Assembly (NCBI RefSeq): GCF_009834535.1
Contig: NC_045697.1
Location: 55,430,001 to 55,494,000 of the forward strand
Length of the DNA stretch: 64,000 bases
Source of the DNA: Camelus ferus
Lineage: Eukaryota
Direction of reading: 5' to 3'
Each line of letters begins with the position of its first letter. Position 1 is the first letter of the stretch. The notes under the pieces are model-generated. The model saw nothing but the letters and a program-made list of their open reading frames with translations, ran no database searches and had not been told where the DNA came from. Below are positions 51,806 through 64,000 of this stretch, in pieces. The position numbers and the translations under genes were made by a program.

Positions 51806-52130
51806 TTTTTTTAATTGAAGTATAGTTGATTTACAATGTTGTTAGTTTTTGGTGTACAGCATAGTGATTCAGCTATCATATAAATTCCTTTTCATATTTT
51901 TTCATTATAGGCTATTAAAAGGTGAATATACTTCCCTATGCTATACAGCAGGACCTTGTTGTTTATCTATTTCAAATATAGTAGTTAGTATCTGCAAATC
52001 TCAAGCTCCTCATTTAACTTTCCCCACCCTCCTTTCTCCCTCGTACCCATAAGTTTGTTTTCTATGTCTATGAGTCTGTTTCTGTTTTGTAAATAAGTGC
52101 ATATGTGTTTTTTTTTTAGCTTCTACATAT
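51806..52130 (-). mobile_element. Short 5'-truncated younger L1 3' end
   Basis: TTTTTTAATTGAAGTATAGTTGATTTACAATGTTG...; flanked by near-identical TCACTT[C/A]ATAAGTCTTA at 51788-51804 and 52132-52148 (TSD). Confidence 0.9.
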
Positions 52131-55100
52131 ATCACTTAATAAGTCTTACTTTTTACTTAATTCTATTCAAAAAAATTCTATTCAGTCTTGGCTAACAGTA
52201 GACATGAAACTCAGTGAAAGACCAATTTAAAAAAATGGCAAACTTCAATATTATTTGATTATTTTAAATCCTGCCCTCTACACTTTTTATAAAAGTTATT
52301 TTTATAAAGTAGCTAAATGCTATTCTGTAGTAAGTTTGTCAAGTTTTTACTCATCTCAAACTCATTAAAGAGATTACCATTATTTACTCTAGGAGAATTG
52401 AAACATATTCAAGAAAATTGAGCTCTTTCAGTCAAATATTTACCAAGAAGTGCCTTTCAACTATATACACTTATGGGAGAGAGGGAACTCTAATCAACAT
52501 AATGATTAAAAAAATAGAAAAATGTGACTCCAGATTTTACAGGAAGAATGAAGGGTAGTGAAATGAAAATGGTTACCAATAGTTTGCTTATATTACCTTT
52601 GATTTTGATGTGATAAAATTTATCTTGAGTTTTTGAAAGAACAATTTACTTTGATACTTTTTTTGAATCTTAGGTACAACAAAACCATGGACTAGCAGTT
52701 CGAGTATACATGTAGCTTTATTTTAAAATTATGTTTCACAAAAAGAATACATATGTTAAAAGTGACATTGCACTTTTCCAGTAGAAACAAATTGTTAACT
52801 TTAAATATAAAATGGGTAAATATACAATATTTTATGTATGTAAGTTTTATATAACATATATTTTATAATATATAGAAAAGGAGAGAGAGACAGGGAAATC
52901 AGAAAGGTAGGGGGAGAGAAAATTTTACCAGTTACTCAGGGGAGCAAAAATGCTTATAGGAGCTAAATTATAGAATAAATTTCAGCTGTAAGTTATTGAA
53001 TAGTTGGTATTTCTCACAAGGGAAATGTCTTCCTTGCACTAAACGTAAAAAAATGGCTTTCTTTGGCCATTTATGTGTATCAGCTTTCTGTCAAAAATAA
53101 TCATGTCTTTGAAAATTCTACCCTCAAGAGCTGGAAAGGAAGAAATTCCTACTGATTTTTATGATACTGTCTAATAGAAGGGAAAGGAAAATTGAGAATT
53201 ACCCATATTTCTTGGGAAATAAAATATAGCAAATAATATCTCTTAATAAGTCCAGGGTAAAGAGATTCAAAATCAAAGTTAAAGAAAACAAGATACCTTT
53301 TCTCTGCATGTTCTGTTTCAGATTCAAAGATTTGAGTAACAAATTCTGAAACATACCCTGAAAAGGGCCTTTCAGATTAAAAAGACCAACAAAATTATCT
53401 GGTAACATGTAGTATGGTAGTATAATAGACACAGTTCTTCTAGGACTCTGAATTACTTTATTAATACTTAATTGTACACATGATGGACATACCATACAAT
53501 GGGCAATGGTAGGAAATGATACAACGTATGTTAATACAGACATAGTCTCCTCTTAATTGCCTTATAGTATCAAGTCTGTCACAAGTGGAACAAATGAATT
53601 AATCAAAATTCATTTAGAAAAGCATTTAACCATTATAAAGTTATTTTTATATTTTATTTTAACTTTTTCTTTTAAATACACACACAAAATTATTACAATG
53701 ACCACTTGAGTGTAATTTCTCAAACTGCATTATAATACATCTAAAAAGAAAGAAATTAAACTTGGCATATTTGAAAAATGACCAAACATTTCAAAGAAAA
53801 CATAATAATAAGAGTTATATTTTAGCAGCCAAAGAGCTAGTCACCTCATATGTCAGAAGATGTATGAAAATACTTGTTTTCTATACAATCTAAAATATTC
53901 AGGCAATAACTACTTGTTAAATAGGTAATTTTGAAAAATACTGTTTTCACTAGACAGGAGTATATATATATCTACAAATAATACTGTTTTGCACTACATG
54001 GGAACATGTATCTGCAAGGTAGACTCTGCTTAAACTAATTGCCCTAGAGTTAAGTATTGAAGGTTACTGGCATAATAGTGATTCAAAATATTAACATTCT
54101 AATCCCACAAAGCTCCACATTGGGAAACTATAGCTAGCTAATGAGCCAAATAAATTATATGAATAATACTTTTATTGTGATTATGTGCAGAATGGATAAA
54201 GTAATGCAAACAATCATTCATTAAAGCCACTCTAACAGGTAGAGTTGCTAGGATTTTATTGGAGCAGAGCGAGGTAACTGGAGCAAAAGACAAAGGCGTG
54301 TGGCTATCTTGATTTCTACTTCTTTGAGTTTGGTCCCCTTAAGAGAAACATTTTGAAAAATTATGTTTGGGTTACAATATAGGAAAAGTGTCTAAAAATT
54401 AAAATCAAACCTCAGTAATCTTTAAGTTGTTTGCATACCAACACATTCACAAGAGCACTTACCATTTATACATATTAAGATGATTTACATTTGTCCTAAG
54501 TATATTTTAGTATCCCATGCTTCTTACAGTTCAGGCAGCAGATTTAAACAAACAAAAACAACAAAACTGAATCTGGCAGAGCTTTTTTGGATGAATTTGC
54601 CAATTGTTTAGAAATGTTCTATTATTTTTCATTCTAAATAGGTAAAAAGTCCAGAGACACAAGAACATGTTAATAATAAATATTTATTTATTGCAAAGTC
54701 CCTTACATGCAAAGTGCTTTGTTTCTTTATGTTTGGTTTTGCTTCTTAGAAGGGAAAATGCTTCGTGGCTGGTTCTTGAATACATATTTCTATTAAAAGG
54801 AATAGGTCAAATAATGGTTATTTTTTTATGATATAAACTATGGATTTATTTATTCCATGGTTATATCAATAGGGCAATAAACAATTCAGTTAGAAATGGT
54901 AATATAATATTTCATCCCTTCCTTTTATTGAATTTATTATGATTTTAAAATTTTTTGCTAATTTTGTGTCAGAGTTGAACATTTAAGACCATTAAATATG
55001 TCTCTTCTAATGTCTTATTGTCTACCACAAACAATTTTTAGGGAAAAAAAAACCTTTTAAATGAGATAATATACATTATCCCATTTCATTACATATTGAT

Positions 55101-55589
55101 ATGTTTCAATAAAAATGTGGGATTCAATCCTTGTAACAATCCTTTTAACAATTCTTATTTCTTTTACAAGTCTTGTTTATTTCACAGAAGTTTCCTTAGG
55201 TTAAGTCTCATTTCTTAAGTCTAGGAATTTAATTCAGTCTCCCTATCTCAAAGGCAAAACACCTATGTCAAACCACTTCTCGATACTTTGAGTGTACTCT
55301 AGTCATTCCAGTATGTATCACATTCTGTGCTTTCAGACTCATCTCCATTTTTAGCATGGCAGACTTCTTCTTTACTTTCTTGGGGAAGATAGCTTTGTCA
55401 AGAGCAAAATAGAAGTTGTGATTCTAAAATAGGACTTTTAAGTAATTTCTTTTGCAATTGTTCATTCATTTGTAATGTCTAGGTTTTTATGACCAGTCCA
55501 ATTTCTAGGGATGAGAGACTCCTGAGTTTCACAGGACTTCTTCCTACATTAATTACTTCTTCCTCTTTCTACTTTTAGTGCCACATAAT

Positions 55590-55765
55590 TCCTTCCAATG
55601 CTGCGCATCCTTCCCTTGTTATGTATGTCTTTCTTACCTTGTAGACTGTAAGTTCCTCAAGGGCAGAACTTGAGTATTAGGCATTATACTATTCACTCAG
55701 ATTCGGCAAGCTTTATTATAATTGTTTTTATGCATAGCAATAGTCTATAAATATCTTTCTTTAGT
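55590..55765 (+). mobile_element. L2 3' fragment
   Basis: TAGACTGTAAGTTCCTCAAGGGCAGAAC. Confidence 0.55.
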
Positions 55766-57240
55766 GAAATTATATAAACTCTTGTTAATTTAGCTAAGTT
55801 GAAGTAAAGTAAAATTATTCTGTTGGTTTTAATTTATGGGTTCAGTTCTTAGCGTTGGCATATTTAATGTCGTTTTTGGTTTCCTCTTTCTGCATATGTG
55901 AGTGTATGTTTTTTCCTGTTCAGAATAAAGCAAACAGATAAGCTTTTCTTTTTAAAATATGGCTAAATTATGTCATAAAGCACTTTCTTTGTCTTTTTTG
56001 GAAAATGCATATAAAACAAAAAAGTCTGATTCACTGAACATTTGGCTGGTTTGAAAAATAAATAAAAATCCAAGTCGATTTAAGTAAATTTTAATACCTT
56101 TTGAAATTCTGATTATCAACTGATGTTTCTGATTATCATGAGAATTTTCAAGGGGAATATAGTCTAGGGACTGTCATTCTAATGACTATTATTTATTTAT
56201 TGGATGAATATCATGTTACAATATTCCTTTAACCTCTCCTGGTTGATTATTTTTAAAAAGCTATGAAAAAAGTGGCACAATATGTGTTGAAGTACCTTTA
56301 CTTTCACAGACCTAGATATTAAAATTCTCATGCTACTCCTCTTGAAATAAAAATATGACTTGATATACAAATCTCATTAGTGTAGGCATAAAGTTTCTAT
56401 CAGATATTATAGAATCACTGTTAAACAATCTGAATTTAGATTGTATATAGACTTAATGGTTTCCAGATTAAGAATCTCTGAAAGATAAAATATCTTGGTA
56501 CCTTGATGACTTGTTCTTCATGAGATTATCAATTAAAAAGCAAATGTTTTGAAACTAGTGTGTTACATTTAGTAAATAATTATTCTGCCATCCACAAGCT
56601 CTCAACTCCTAATGCCCATGAGAGAAGCCTCATAACTAAATAATAAAATCTGCAGTATCAGAGTAAGTCAATTTGTGGTCACATTTCTGGGAACAGAATT
56701 CACATTAACTTCAAGGGTAGAAAATTTAGTTGTAATGCAACTGTCATAGGTAAGAGGTTATCTGCACAAGCAGTATTTAAGAAGTGGCCACCATCCTAAA
56801 TTTCAAAAACTAAATTCTATCCTTGAATGGACATATGCAAACTCTATTGATTTCAGGCCATCACCTGATTTTTTTTTTTAAGAAAAGTTGATATTTCTGT
56901 CATTACCAGCTGGAAAAAATAGGATGTTTGAATGAAATAAGCATAGTAAGCTTAATTGCCTGTGTGTGTATTATAAACATTCATTAATTAAATTTTCTCT
57001 ACATTTTAGTAACTTATAAACAAACAAGATACTGAGATACACATATTTAAGTTGGAAAGGCAATTCTAGTTATAGAGGTATAAAATGTTATAGCTCCTTT
57101 GGGTCCTTTCAAACATTATCCAAATTTTATTTGCTAACAGATAATTATTTTAAATTCAGCTTTGTGGTTCTACTTCTGCTATTAAGCTGTGGATGGGAGT
57201 GTAGTTTTGTTTTGTTTTTTTGTTTTTGGAGTTGAATACA

Positions 57241-58383
57241 ATTTATTTATTTATTTATTTTTATTGAAGTAGAATCAGTTTACAATGGTGTGTCAGTTTC
57301 TGGTGTACAGCATAATAGTTCAGTCATACATATATTCATCTTCATATTTTTTCATTATAGGTTACTACAACATATTGAATATAGTTCCTTGTGCTAGACA
57401 ATATAAACTTGTTCTTTATTTTATATATAGTAGTTAGTATCTGCAAATCTCGAACTCTCAGAAATTCATCCCTTTTCAGCCCCTTCCCCCTCCCCCATAA
57501 GTTTGTCTTCTATGTCTGTGAGTCTGTTTCTGTTTTGTAAATAAGTTCAGTTGTCTTTTTTTTTCAGATTCAACACATAAGCAATGTCATATGGTAGTTT
57601 TCTTTCTCTTTTGGGCTTACTTCACTTAGAATGACAGTCTCGGGTCTATCCATGTTGCTACAAATGGCATTATTTTATTCTTTTTATGGCTGAGTAGTAT
57701 TCCATTGTATAAATGTACCACAACTTCTTCATCCAGTCATCTGTCAATGGACAATTAGGTTGTTTCTATGTCTTGGCTTTTATAAATAGTGCTGCTTTGA
57801 ACGTGGGGGTGCATGTATCTTTTTGAATTAAAATTCCATCTGGATATATGCCCAGGAGTGGAATTGCTTGATCATATAGGTAGTCTATTTTTAGTCTTTT
57901 GAGGAATCTCCATACTGTTTTCGGTAATGGCTGCACAAAACTACATTCCACCAACAGTGTAGGAGGGTTCCCATTTCTCCACACCCTCTCCAGCATTTAT
58001 CATTTGTGGACTTTTTAATGATGGCCATTCTGAGTGGTGTGAGATGACACCTCATTATAGTTTTGATTTGCATGTCTCTGATCATTAGTAATATTGAACA
58101 TTTTTTTTTCATGTGCCTGTTGGCCATTTGCATGTCTTCAGTGGAGAATTGCTTGTTTAGGTCTTCTGCCCATTTTTGGATTGGTTTGTTTGTTTTTTAT
58201 TATTAAGTTGTATGAGCTGTCTGTATAGTCTGAAATTAAGCCCCTGTCAATCTCAGCTCTTGCAAATATCTTCTCCCAGTCTGTAGGTTGACTTTTGTTT
58301 TGCTTATGGTTTCCTTTGCTGTGCAAATGCTAGGGCAGTCTACCCAGGCAACAGAAATAAAAGCAAAAGTAAACAAACAGGAT
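57241..58383 (-). mobile_element. Younger L1 3' 1.1 kb with short 5' inversion
   Basis: (TTTA)n tail; ORFs 57891..58133, 57766..57996 and 58138..58326 are frameshifted ORF2 C-terminus; sense piece 58330-58383 reads LGQSTQATEIKAKVNKQD. TSD unclear. Confidence 0.9.
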
Positions 58384-60994
58384 TGTGGTCTTAAACTTCT
58401 CTTCTCCTTCCCCCATGATAATTGTTATGGGGCTAAACAGCAGCTTTGAGAAAGCTATAAATATAAGAACTGGTGACCTTGAATTTTTTTTTATCATATG
58501 TGTTCAACTGTAAAATTCTCTTTTCCAATTTTGATGTTATTGCTCCATCCACAGCAGTAGATAATGTGTCAAATTTGGTTTTTTCCCCCTGGTTCAACTA
58601 TAGAAATAGTGATCAATTTCTAAGAAGTAAACACTGAGCTTTGGAATTTCACAATCAAAGAGAGCTAGTGGGGAATGGAGAAGTCACTGTCAAAGTACTA
58701 ATGTACCTTATACTTATCAGAAATATCCCATTCTCTCTCCCTTAATGTACACAATTTATAGAAAACCCTATGGCTTACATCAGCAGAAAAATAAGCACCA
58801 CATCTAGGATAAGACATAATGGAATACATAAATAAACATGTACTGAATTTAACCTGGTTAAAAAAATAATTTTAAAATCTCAGAATTTAATGTTCTTGAT
58901 TTTAGCTAGAAATACTGATTGACACAAAGTAAATATACAAATAGCTAGTCCATTGTTAAATAGCTTTGTGGATTACTATATGATCCAAGTGATAAAAATA
59001 AATTTCAGTTGTCACAAGTTTATGATTTCTTATTTGGCTCAACCTACTCTAAATATGTAAAGCCTTACACTTCCTTTCAATAATAACGAAAGCATCAAGT
59101 ACATATGCAAACGTACACAGATATGCAAGACCAAGTTCATGTATACACCTCTCTCAGACATACAGCTCTTTTCTTAAATGTTTAGCACTTTTCATAAAGT
59201 CCACTTTGTGTACAGCTAAGTGGTAGTAAAATGTGAAGGAGCAAGAGACTTGACACTTTCTACCTTTGAATACAATGGCTCTTTTCTCACAAATTAATTT
59301 TAATATCTATGGATAGTTTGTCATGAATTGAAAAGTTTTGCATGAATACACACAATTAGATTTATATGCAAATCTTGGACTTCTTCTGGAATACTAAGAG
59401 GTGTACTTTGAGATGAGAGAAAAGAGAGGAATAAGAAATGAAACTCCAAAAACTCAAGTTGCTATTTAACTGCGAAGTGGCTGTGAAATTTTTTTTTTCT
59501 TTTTCTGCTTTTAACAGAATATGTATAAATTAGCATTCATTTTTAAAAACTTGGTATGATAGATATTCAGTGGGAAAAAAATCCCCCAGGAAAACTAGAA
59601 AAATATGTTTTGGAAAATGCTTCCAAAAAGTGGCTAAAGTTTAGGAATCCTAGTTAAAATACTAAAGATCACATTCTTTTCTGGGTCTTCCCTCCCTGCT
59701 TCTTTCCAAATAGTCTGCTGCCATTGGAGGAAAAAGTGCAAATTCATGGCTCCCTCTGCAATTTTCTGCAGTGTGTACAATTATCTTTATTTTCATTAAC
59801 ATAATAAATTGTTTAAGTCCCCTTCTCTATGCCTGTTCTGGTGGAACTACTTTTCTTGTCACAAAATAATCTTAGACTATGATAGATCCTAGAAAGGCAG
59901 TGTTTTCTGCAGCACTGGACAGTCTAAAGCCTCTGCGGTACCTCTGTGTGTGTTTCTGTGTGTTGAGGAAAAATGAATGAGAAGGGAAAGACGCATTTAT
60001 TTGAAGCCTTTGTGCTCTATGTTATGAGGGGCAGCTCTGAGCAGTTAGAGAGAGAACTTCAAGGGCATCACTTTAATTTATTTATTACATTAGGCTCATG
60101 CTTCTGTATTTCTGTAAATGCCTTTATGTGGTAACAAGAATCAAGTCCTTTCTATACATATAAATGCTGAACTTTATAAATTCAATAACATTTTAAGGAG
60201 GGGAAACAAAGCAAATCTAGTACTTGATAATTTGCTGAAAGAAAAGAAAAAGAAAAAAATATGCTCTACATTATCTTCAGTCATAGGAAAGGAAAGATAA
60301 ATTAGTCACACATTCAGATCAATAGAATGTCCATGAAAAGTATTGTTAAATCTTCTGTAAGTGACTAACTGGAGGATTTGAAACACAATTAATTGCCTAT
60401 TGTAGATATTTCCTCGTAGGAGTAATAGATGCCTGATCATCTGAGATTATATCTGCTTCATGCATACAAACTACATGAGGCAATGATGCTACAAAGGCTC
60501 CCAATATCATCAGTCACATGCAAAACAGATGGAAGCAGCAAAGGGAAAGGGTCTCAATACAAAATAGGAAACCCTCCGATTATGATTTTATAAGGGCACT
60601 TAAAACTACTGCCTACATGAACAATAACTTGCTATAGAAACAGGAAAGAGAAACTCCTAAGATAATGTAAAAAGCGAAATCTTTTAAATATTCTTTTGGG
60701 GGGGGGCGGGTGGTTAAGTGAAATATTTGATATCTTCAGCATGGCAACAATATCATCTCCCACTTCTAATAACTGCACTTCTCCATTCTTCTATCTTATT
60801 ATCTCCTTTTCTTAATGTAAATTCTTGCTTTTCCAGATGAAAATCAGCCCAAAACTTGATCATATAAAATTATTTTTCCAGTTCTAGTTTTAGTATCTAC
60901 CATGAATCTAAATTGTGTTTCCAAATTGGGAGTCCAGAAAATTTGGCCTATTCAATGTGGATAGTGCTAGAAATATAACTATTTGTTTTATTTC

Positions 60995-61170
60995 TTTTAT
61001 TCAATGAACATTTTTAAAGACCCTAACATGCAAGGCAGTTTGTTTTATGTGCTATGAAAATACAAAGATGAATTAGTCAGAGATGATGCCCTTAAGGTAT
61101 TCCCACGGTAGTAGGGAAGACAGACCAATTTATAAAACTTATTAAAAAGTATGGATTCTAATATGTGAGC
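60995..61170 (-). mobile_element. L2 3' fragment
   Basis: TATTCAATGAACATTTTTAAAGACCCTAACATGCAAGGCA...ATACAAAGATGAAT...TGCCCTTAAGG. Confidence 0.6.
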
Positions 61171-61751
61171 CTTAAGATTTAGAGATATATCCTGATTATT
61201 AATGATTTTCCTAATTTTTGATAAAAATAGTGTGGGTCAAAAATGGCAGATGCAAACAAACTAGGAGGTCTGAAAATAAAAATACCCATAGCTGTACAAT
61301 GAATTTGTATAAAGGCAGGTAATGCCAATATTTTAAAGAGACATCTTTCAGTAGAGATCTGAGAAGAGTAATAGAGACAGGCAAATTCAATTCTGTATGT
61401 GATTAATATATTCATGAGTTAATAGCTAAGCCAAAACTAGAAATTGAAGGTCATAGACTCTAGTCCAGTTTTCTGTGCATTATGGAAATACACCCTTTAC
61501 TTACCAAAAACTGTACTTTCTACTTGATAGAAGACAAATAAGTGAAAAGTGGAGCATATTAAAGAACAAGTTATAGTTATATTTCAAAGAGTATTTATAA
61601 CTCTATTACCCAGATACCACTGTATTTTAAAATACTGTTTTCTGGAAGTTAAAGTGATTTGTATATTTATATATACAATGTATATATTTATATTTATTCC
61701 ATGGTAAAAAAGAAGAGATGAGAGAAAATCATGATAAAAGTTTAGAATAGA

Positions 61752-61866
61752 GGGGAGGGTATAGCTCAAGTGGTAGAGCACATGCTTAGCATGCATGAGT
61801 TCCTGGGTTCAATCCCCATTACCTCCTCCAAATATAAATAAACCTAATTACTTACCCTCATAAAAC
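61752..61866 (+). mobile_element. tRNA-derived SINE (camelid Vic-1-like), full length
   Basis: GGGGAGGGTATAGCTCAAGTGGTAGAGC (A box), GGGTTCAATCCCC (B box); perfect 16-bp TSD AAAAGTTTAGAATAGA at 61736-61751 and 61867-61882. Confidence 0.92.
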
Positions 61867-62669
61867 AAAAGTTTAGAATAGAGGGTAAGGAAAATAATTA
61901 TAAAATATGTTCTAAAAGAGTGAATTAGATTAGCTGGGATAGAGGAGAGGTATTAAAGATAGATTTTGTAAATCAAGAAACTATATTAATCATTACTCCT
62001 ATTTTATATGGCAATATTATCTAATTTATAGTTAATACTGTGTTTCTGACATATCCTTGTATTCCCTGTATTGTATTTATTGATATATTTTTGTCAACTG
62101 ACTTAAACATATTTTAATTATTTCTTAACTGAAAACCTTTAACACTTGCCATGAATCCATAACTTTAAAAGAAAATAAACTAGTTAAATTAAAATGAACA
62201 TTAGAGATATAATTTCTATTTTATCTACTTTATTCTTTCAACACCAGTTATCTTTGATTGTATGTCATTAGACAGTGCAAAACTTTTCAAACTACCTTTG
62301 ATAGGCTTGGGTACTGATCTTTAAAACTAAATGAAACTTTGTGTCTCTTAAAAATAACAATGTGAAGAAAATTCCAAAATTCCTATTTTTCCAAATATAT
62401 AAAGTGATTTGTCTGAATACTGTTTTCTAAAGTACAGGTAAAAGGGTCTTTTCTCTAAACTGCTACTACCTGGTTTGTGACAATACTTACAAAAATCTCT
62501 AATGAATTTTAAGTGCTTCCTTACAATGCTTTCAATATTTTCAGAAAATATTAAAGAGGAATCCATAAGTTGTTCAGACAAGAAACGTTTAATTATTGCT
62601 TAGTTGGAATAAATAAATGAGTTTTCCTAAACCCTAGTTATATTTTTAGTCATATATATAATTTGGTCA

Positions 62670-62835
62670 TTTAGAGAGTTTACTGTGTACCAGAAACATT
62701 TAAATTTTCTAACAATTTTACAAATTTGGTACTAGTACTAGCTACTTTAAAGCTGAGAAAATTGAGGTTCAAAAGGTGAAATTAAAAAGTAGATTTTTTG
62801 GTACAAGGTATTTTCCTTGAACCCTGAGTTCTGGG
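62670..62835 (-). mobile_element. MIR fragment
   Basis: TTTACTGTGTACCAG...TTTAAAGCTGAGAAAATTGAGGTTCAAAAGGTGAAAT. Confidence 0.6.
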
Positions 62836-62879
62836 ACCTCAAAGGGTCTGGAACCAGAGCTTGAAGTTCATTGGGTCCC

Positions 62880-63130
62880 GGCTCCCTGCACAGAGTGGTT
62901 GCAGATCTTTATTCCAACATGAATGTGAGGTTGAAGACTTCCTGAGACATGCTGGCCTCATATTGAGGGGGGAGGTGCTGAGGTAGGAACCATGCGATGG
63001 CTTTAAAGCTTTACTAGGATCTAACACACATCACTTCCATTCACATTTCATGGATCCATGCAAGTCAGGTATCCTGTATCAGTAGATGAGAATGACTAGC
63101 AAGGGAACTGGTCAAAGGGGGCCAGTCAGA
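62880..63130 (-). mobile_element. Old MLT1(K/L/M)-like LTR fragment
   Basis: ACACATCACTTCCATTCACATTTCATGGATCCATGCAAGTCA resembles the MLT1K/L/M core; recall only. Confidence 0.5.
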
Positions 63131-63829
63131 TAGGGCTAAGAAAGGGCAGTAAATGTTCTGAATAAGAAATACATGTACACACCCGTGGTTCCAACCAAGA
63201 ACAAAAAGTAAAGTTGAAAATACAATATAAGTGCTTTATTTTTATTAAACAATTGAATCTTTACTTTAGTAAATGAATAATATTTTAAAACAGACACTTA
63301 CTTACACACATAGCAAAAGTATCATTGGACATAAATACTTACTTATGGAAGAATCATTTTTTGTGTAATGACAGTTGAAAAGTTTTGTGGAAAAAAAATA
63401 TGGTGTTTCCACTTGCAATCTATTCTGAAAATGAATGCTTAAAAGTTGAAATCAGCCAGAAGTAGAGCTACTTCAGCAGGATCACTTGTCAATATAACTT
63501 TTGAAGATACTTCTAGTTTGACTCTGAGAGCTTTAACCAGAATATATATTTAAGAATAATTTTCATTTTTAAATTAACATCTGAATAAATTTATTAATCT
63601 TGTTCCCTCAGTATGTTCATATTTAAAAGCCATCATGATATTTTGCATTTGTTAAATTATTCTGTATGGAGAGTTTGAATTTATCTTTTTAAATGAAGGG
63701 CGTTTTCTTCTTTTTCTGTTGATTTTTAATGTTACCTCTGAAGCTGCTTTATCTAATTTATGGAGCTTTTATTCAGTTTAATAAGAGTGATTAATGTTTT
63801 TCCTCATAGTTAAAAATAGGAATATTTGA

Positions 63830-64000
63830 GAAACTAGACTACTATCTATCTACACAAAATTTAACTCAAAATGGGTTAAAGACTTGAATGTAAGATCTGA
63901 CACCATAAAATTCCTAGAAGAAAACATAGGCAGTGAGCTCCTGGACATCAGTCTTAGTGACGTTCTTGCAGATCTGCCTGCAAAGGCAAGAGAAACAAAA
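63830..64000 (+). mobile_element. L1 ORF2 fragment running off the window end
   Basis: AACTCAAAATGGGTTAAAGACTTGAATGTAAGATCTGACACCATAAAATTCCTAGAAGAAAACATAGG = [23 protein letters not shown]. Confidence 0.9.

Noticed and set aside
59100..59375. Three ATATGCAA octamer-like motifs
   Set aside because: Only one is a full ATGCAAAT and there is no adjacent SOX site; compatible with chance.
61752..61826. tRNA gene
   Set aside because: Has a TSD, an A-rich tail and a related copy at 3933-4026, so it is a SINE.
1..64000. A novel multi-gene or prokaryote-style system
   Set aside because: No long ORFs, operon structure, arrays or compositional island; content is explained by mammalian repeats and non-coding DNA.

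Overview
AT-rich, CpG-poor mammalian DNA with no recognisable protein-coding gene; it reads as intergenic or deep-intronic sequence. Two short tRNA-derived SINEs match, from memory, the camelid Vic-1 family, and I saw no Alu, B1/B2, Bov-A/BovB, PRE-1 or SINEC, so a camelid genome is likely (inference). Roughly half the window is transposon-derived: old and younger L1 pieces (three with 5' inversions, one with a large internal deletion), L2 and MIR fossils, a MaLR MLT1 solo LTR, four ERV1-type LTRs, a decayed ERV-L pol/dUTPase fragment and hAT-Charlie remnants. The ORFs I could assign are L1 ORF2 remnants or low-complexity artefacts; the rest resemble no protein I recognise. I found no convincing new biological system. 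The best leads are a young LTR with intact-looking promoter architecture, a cap-site hairpin and a downstream splice donor (31.2-32.0 kb), its head-to-head LTR neighbour with possible minus-strand exons, a CpG-retaining CTCF-like site, and several insertion or repair scars. Family names are from recall, not database searches, and boundaries of old repeats are approximate.
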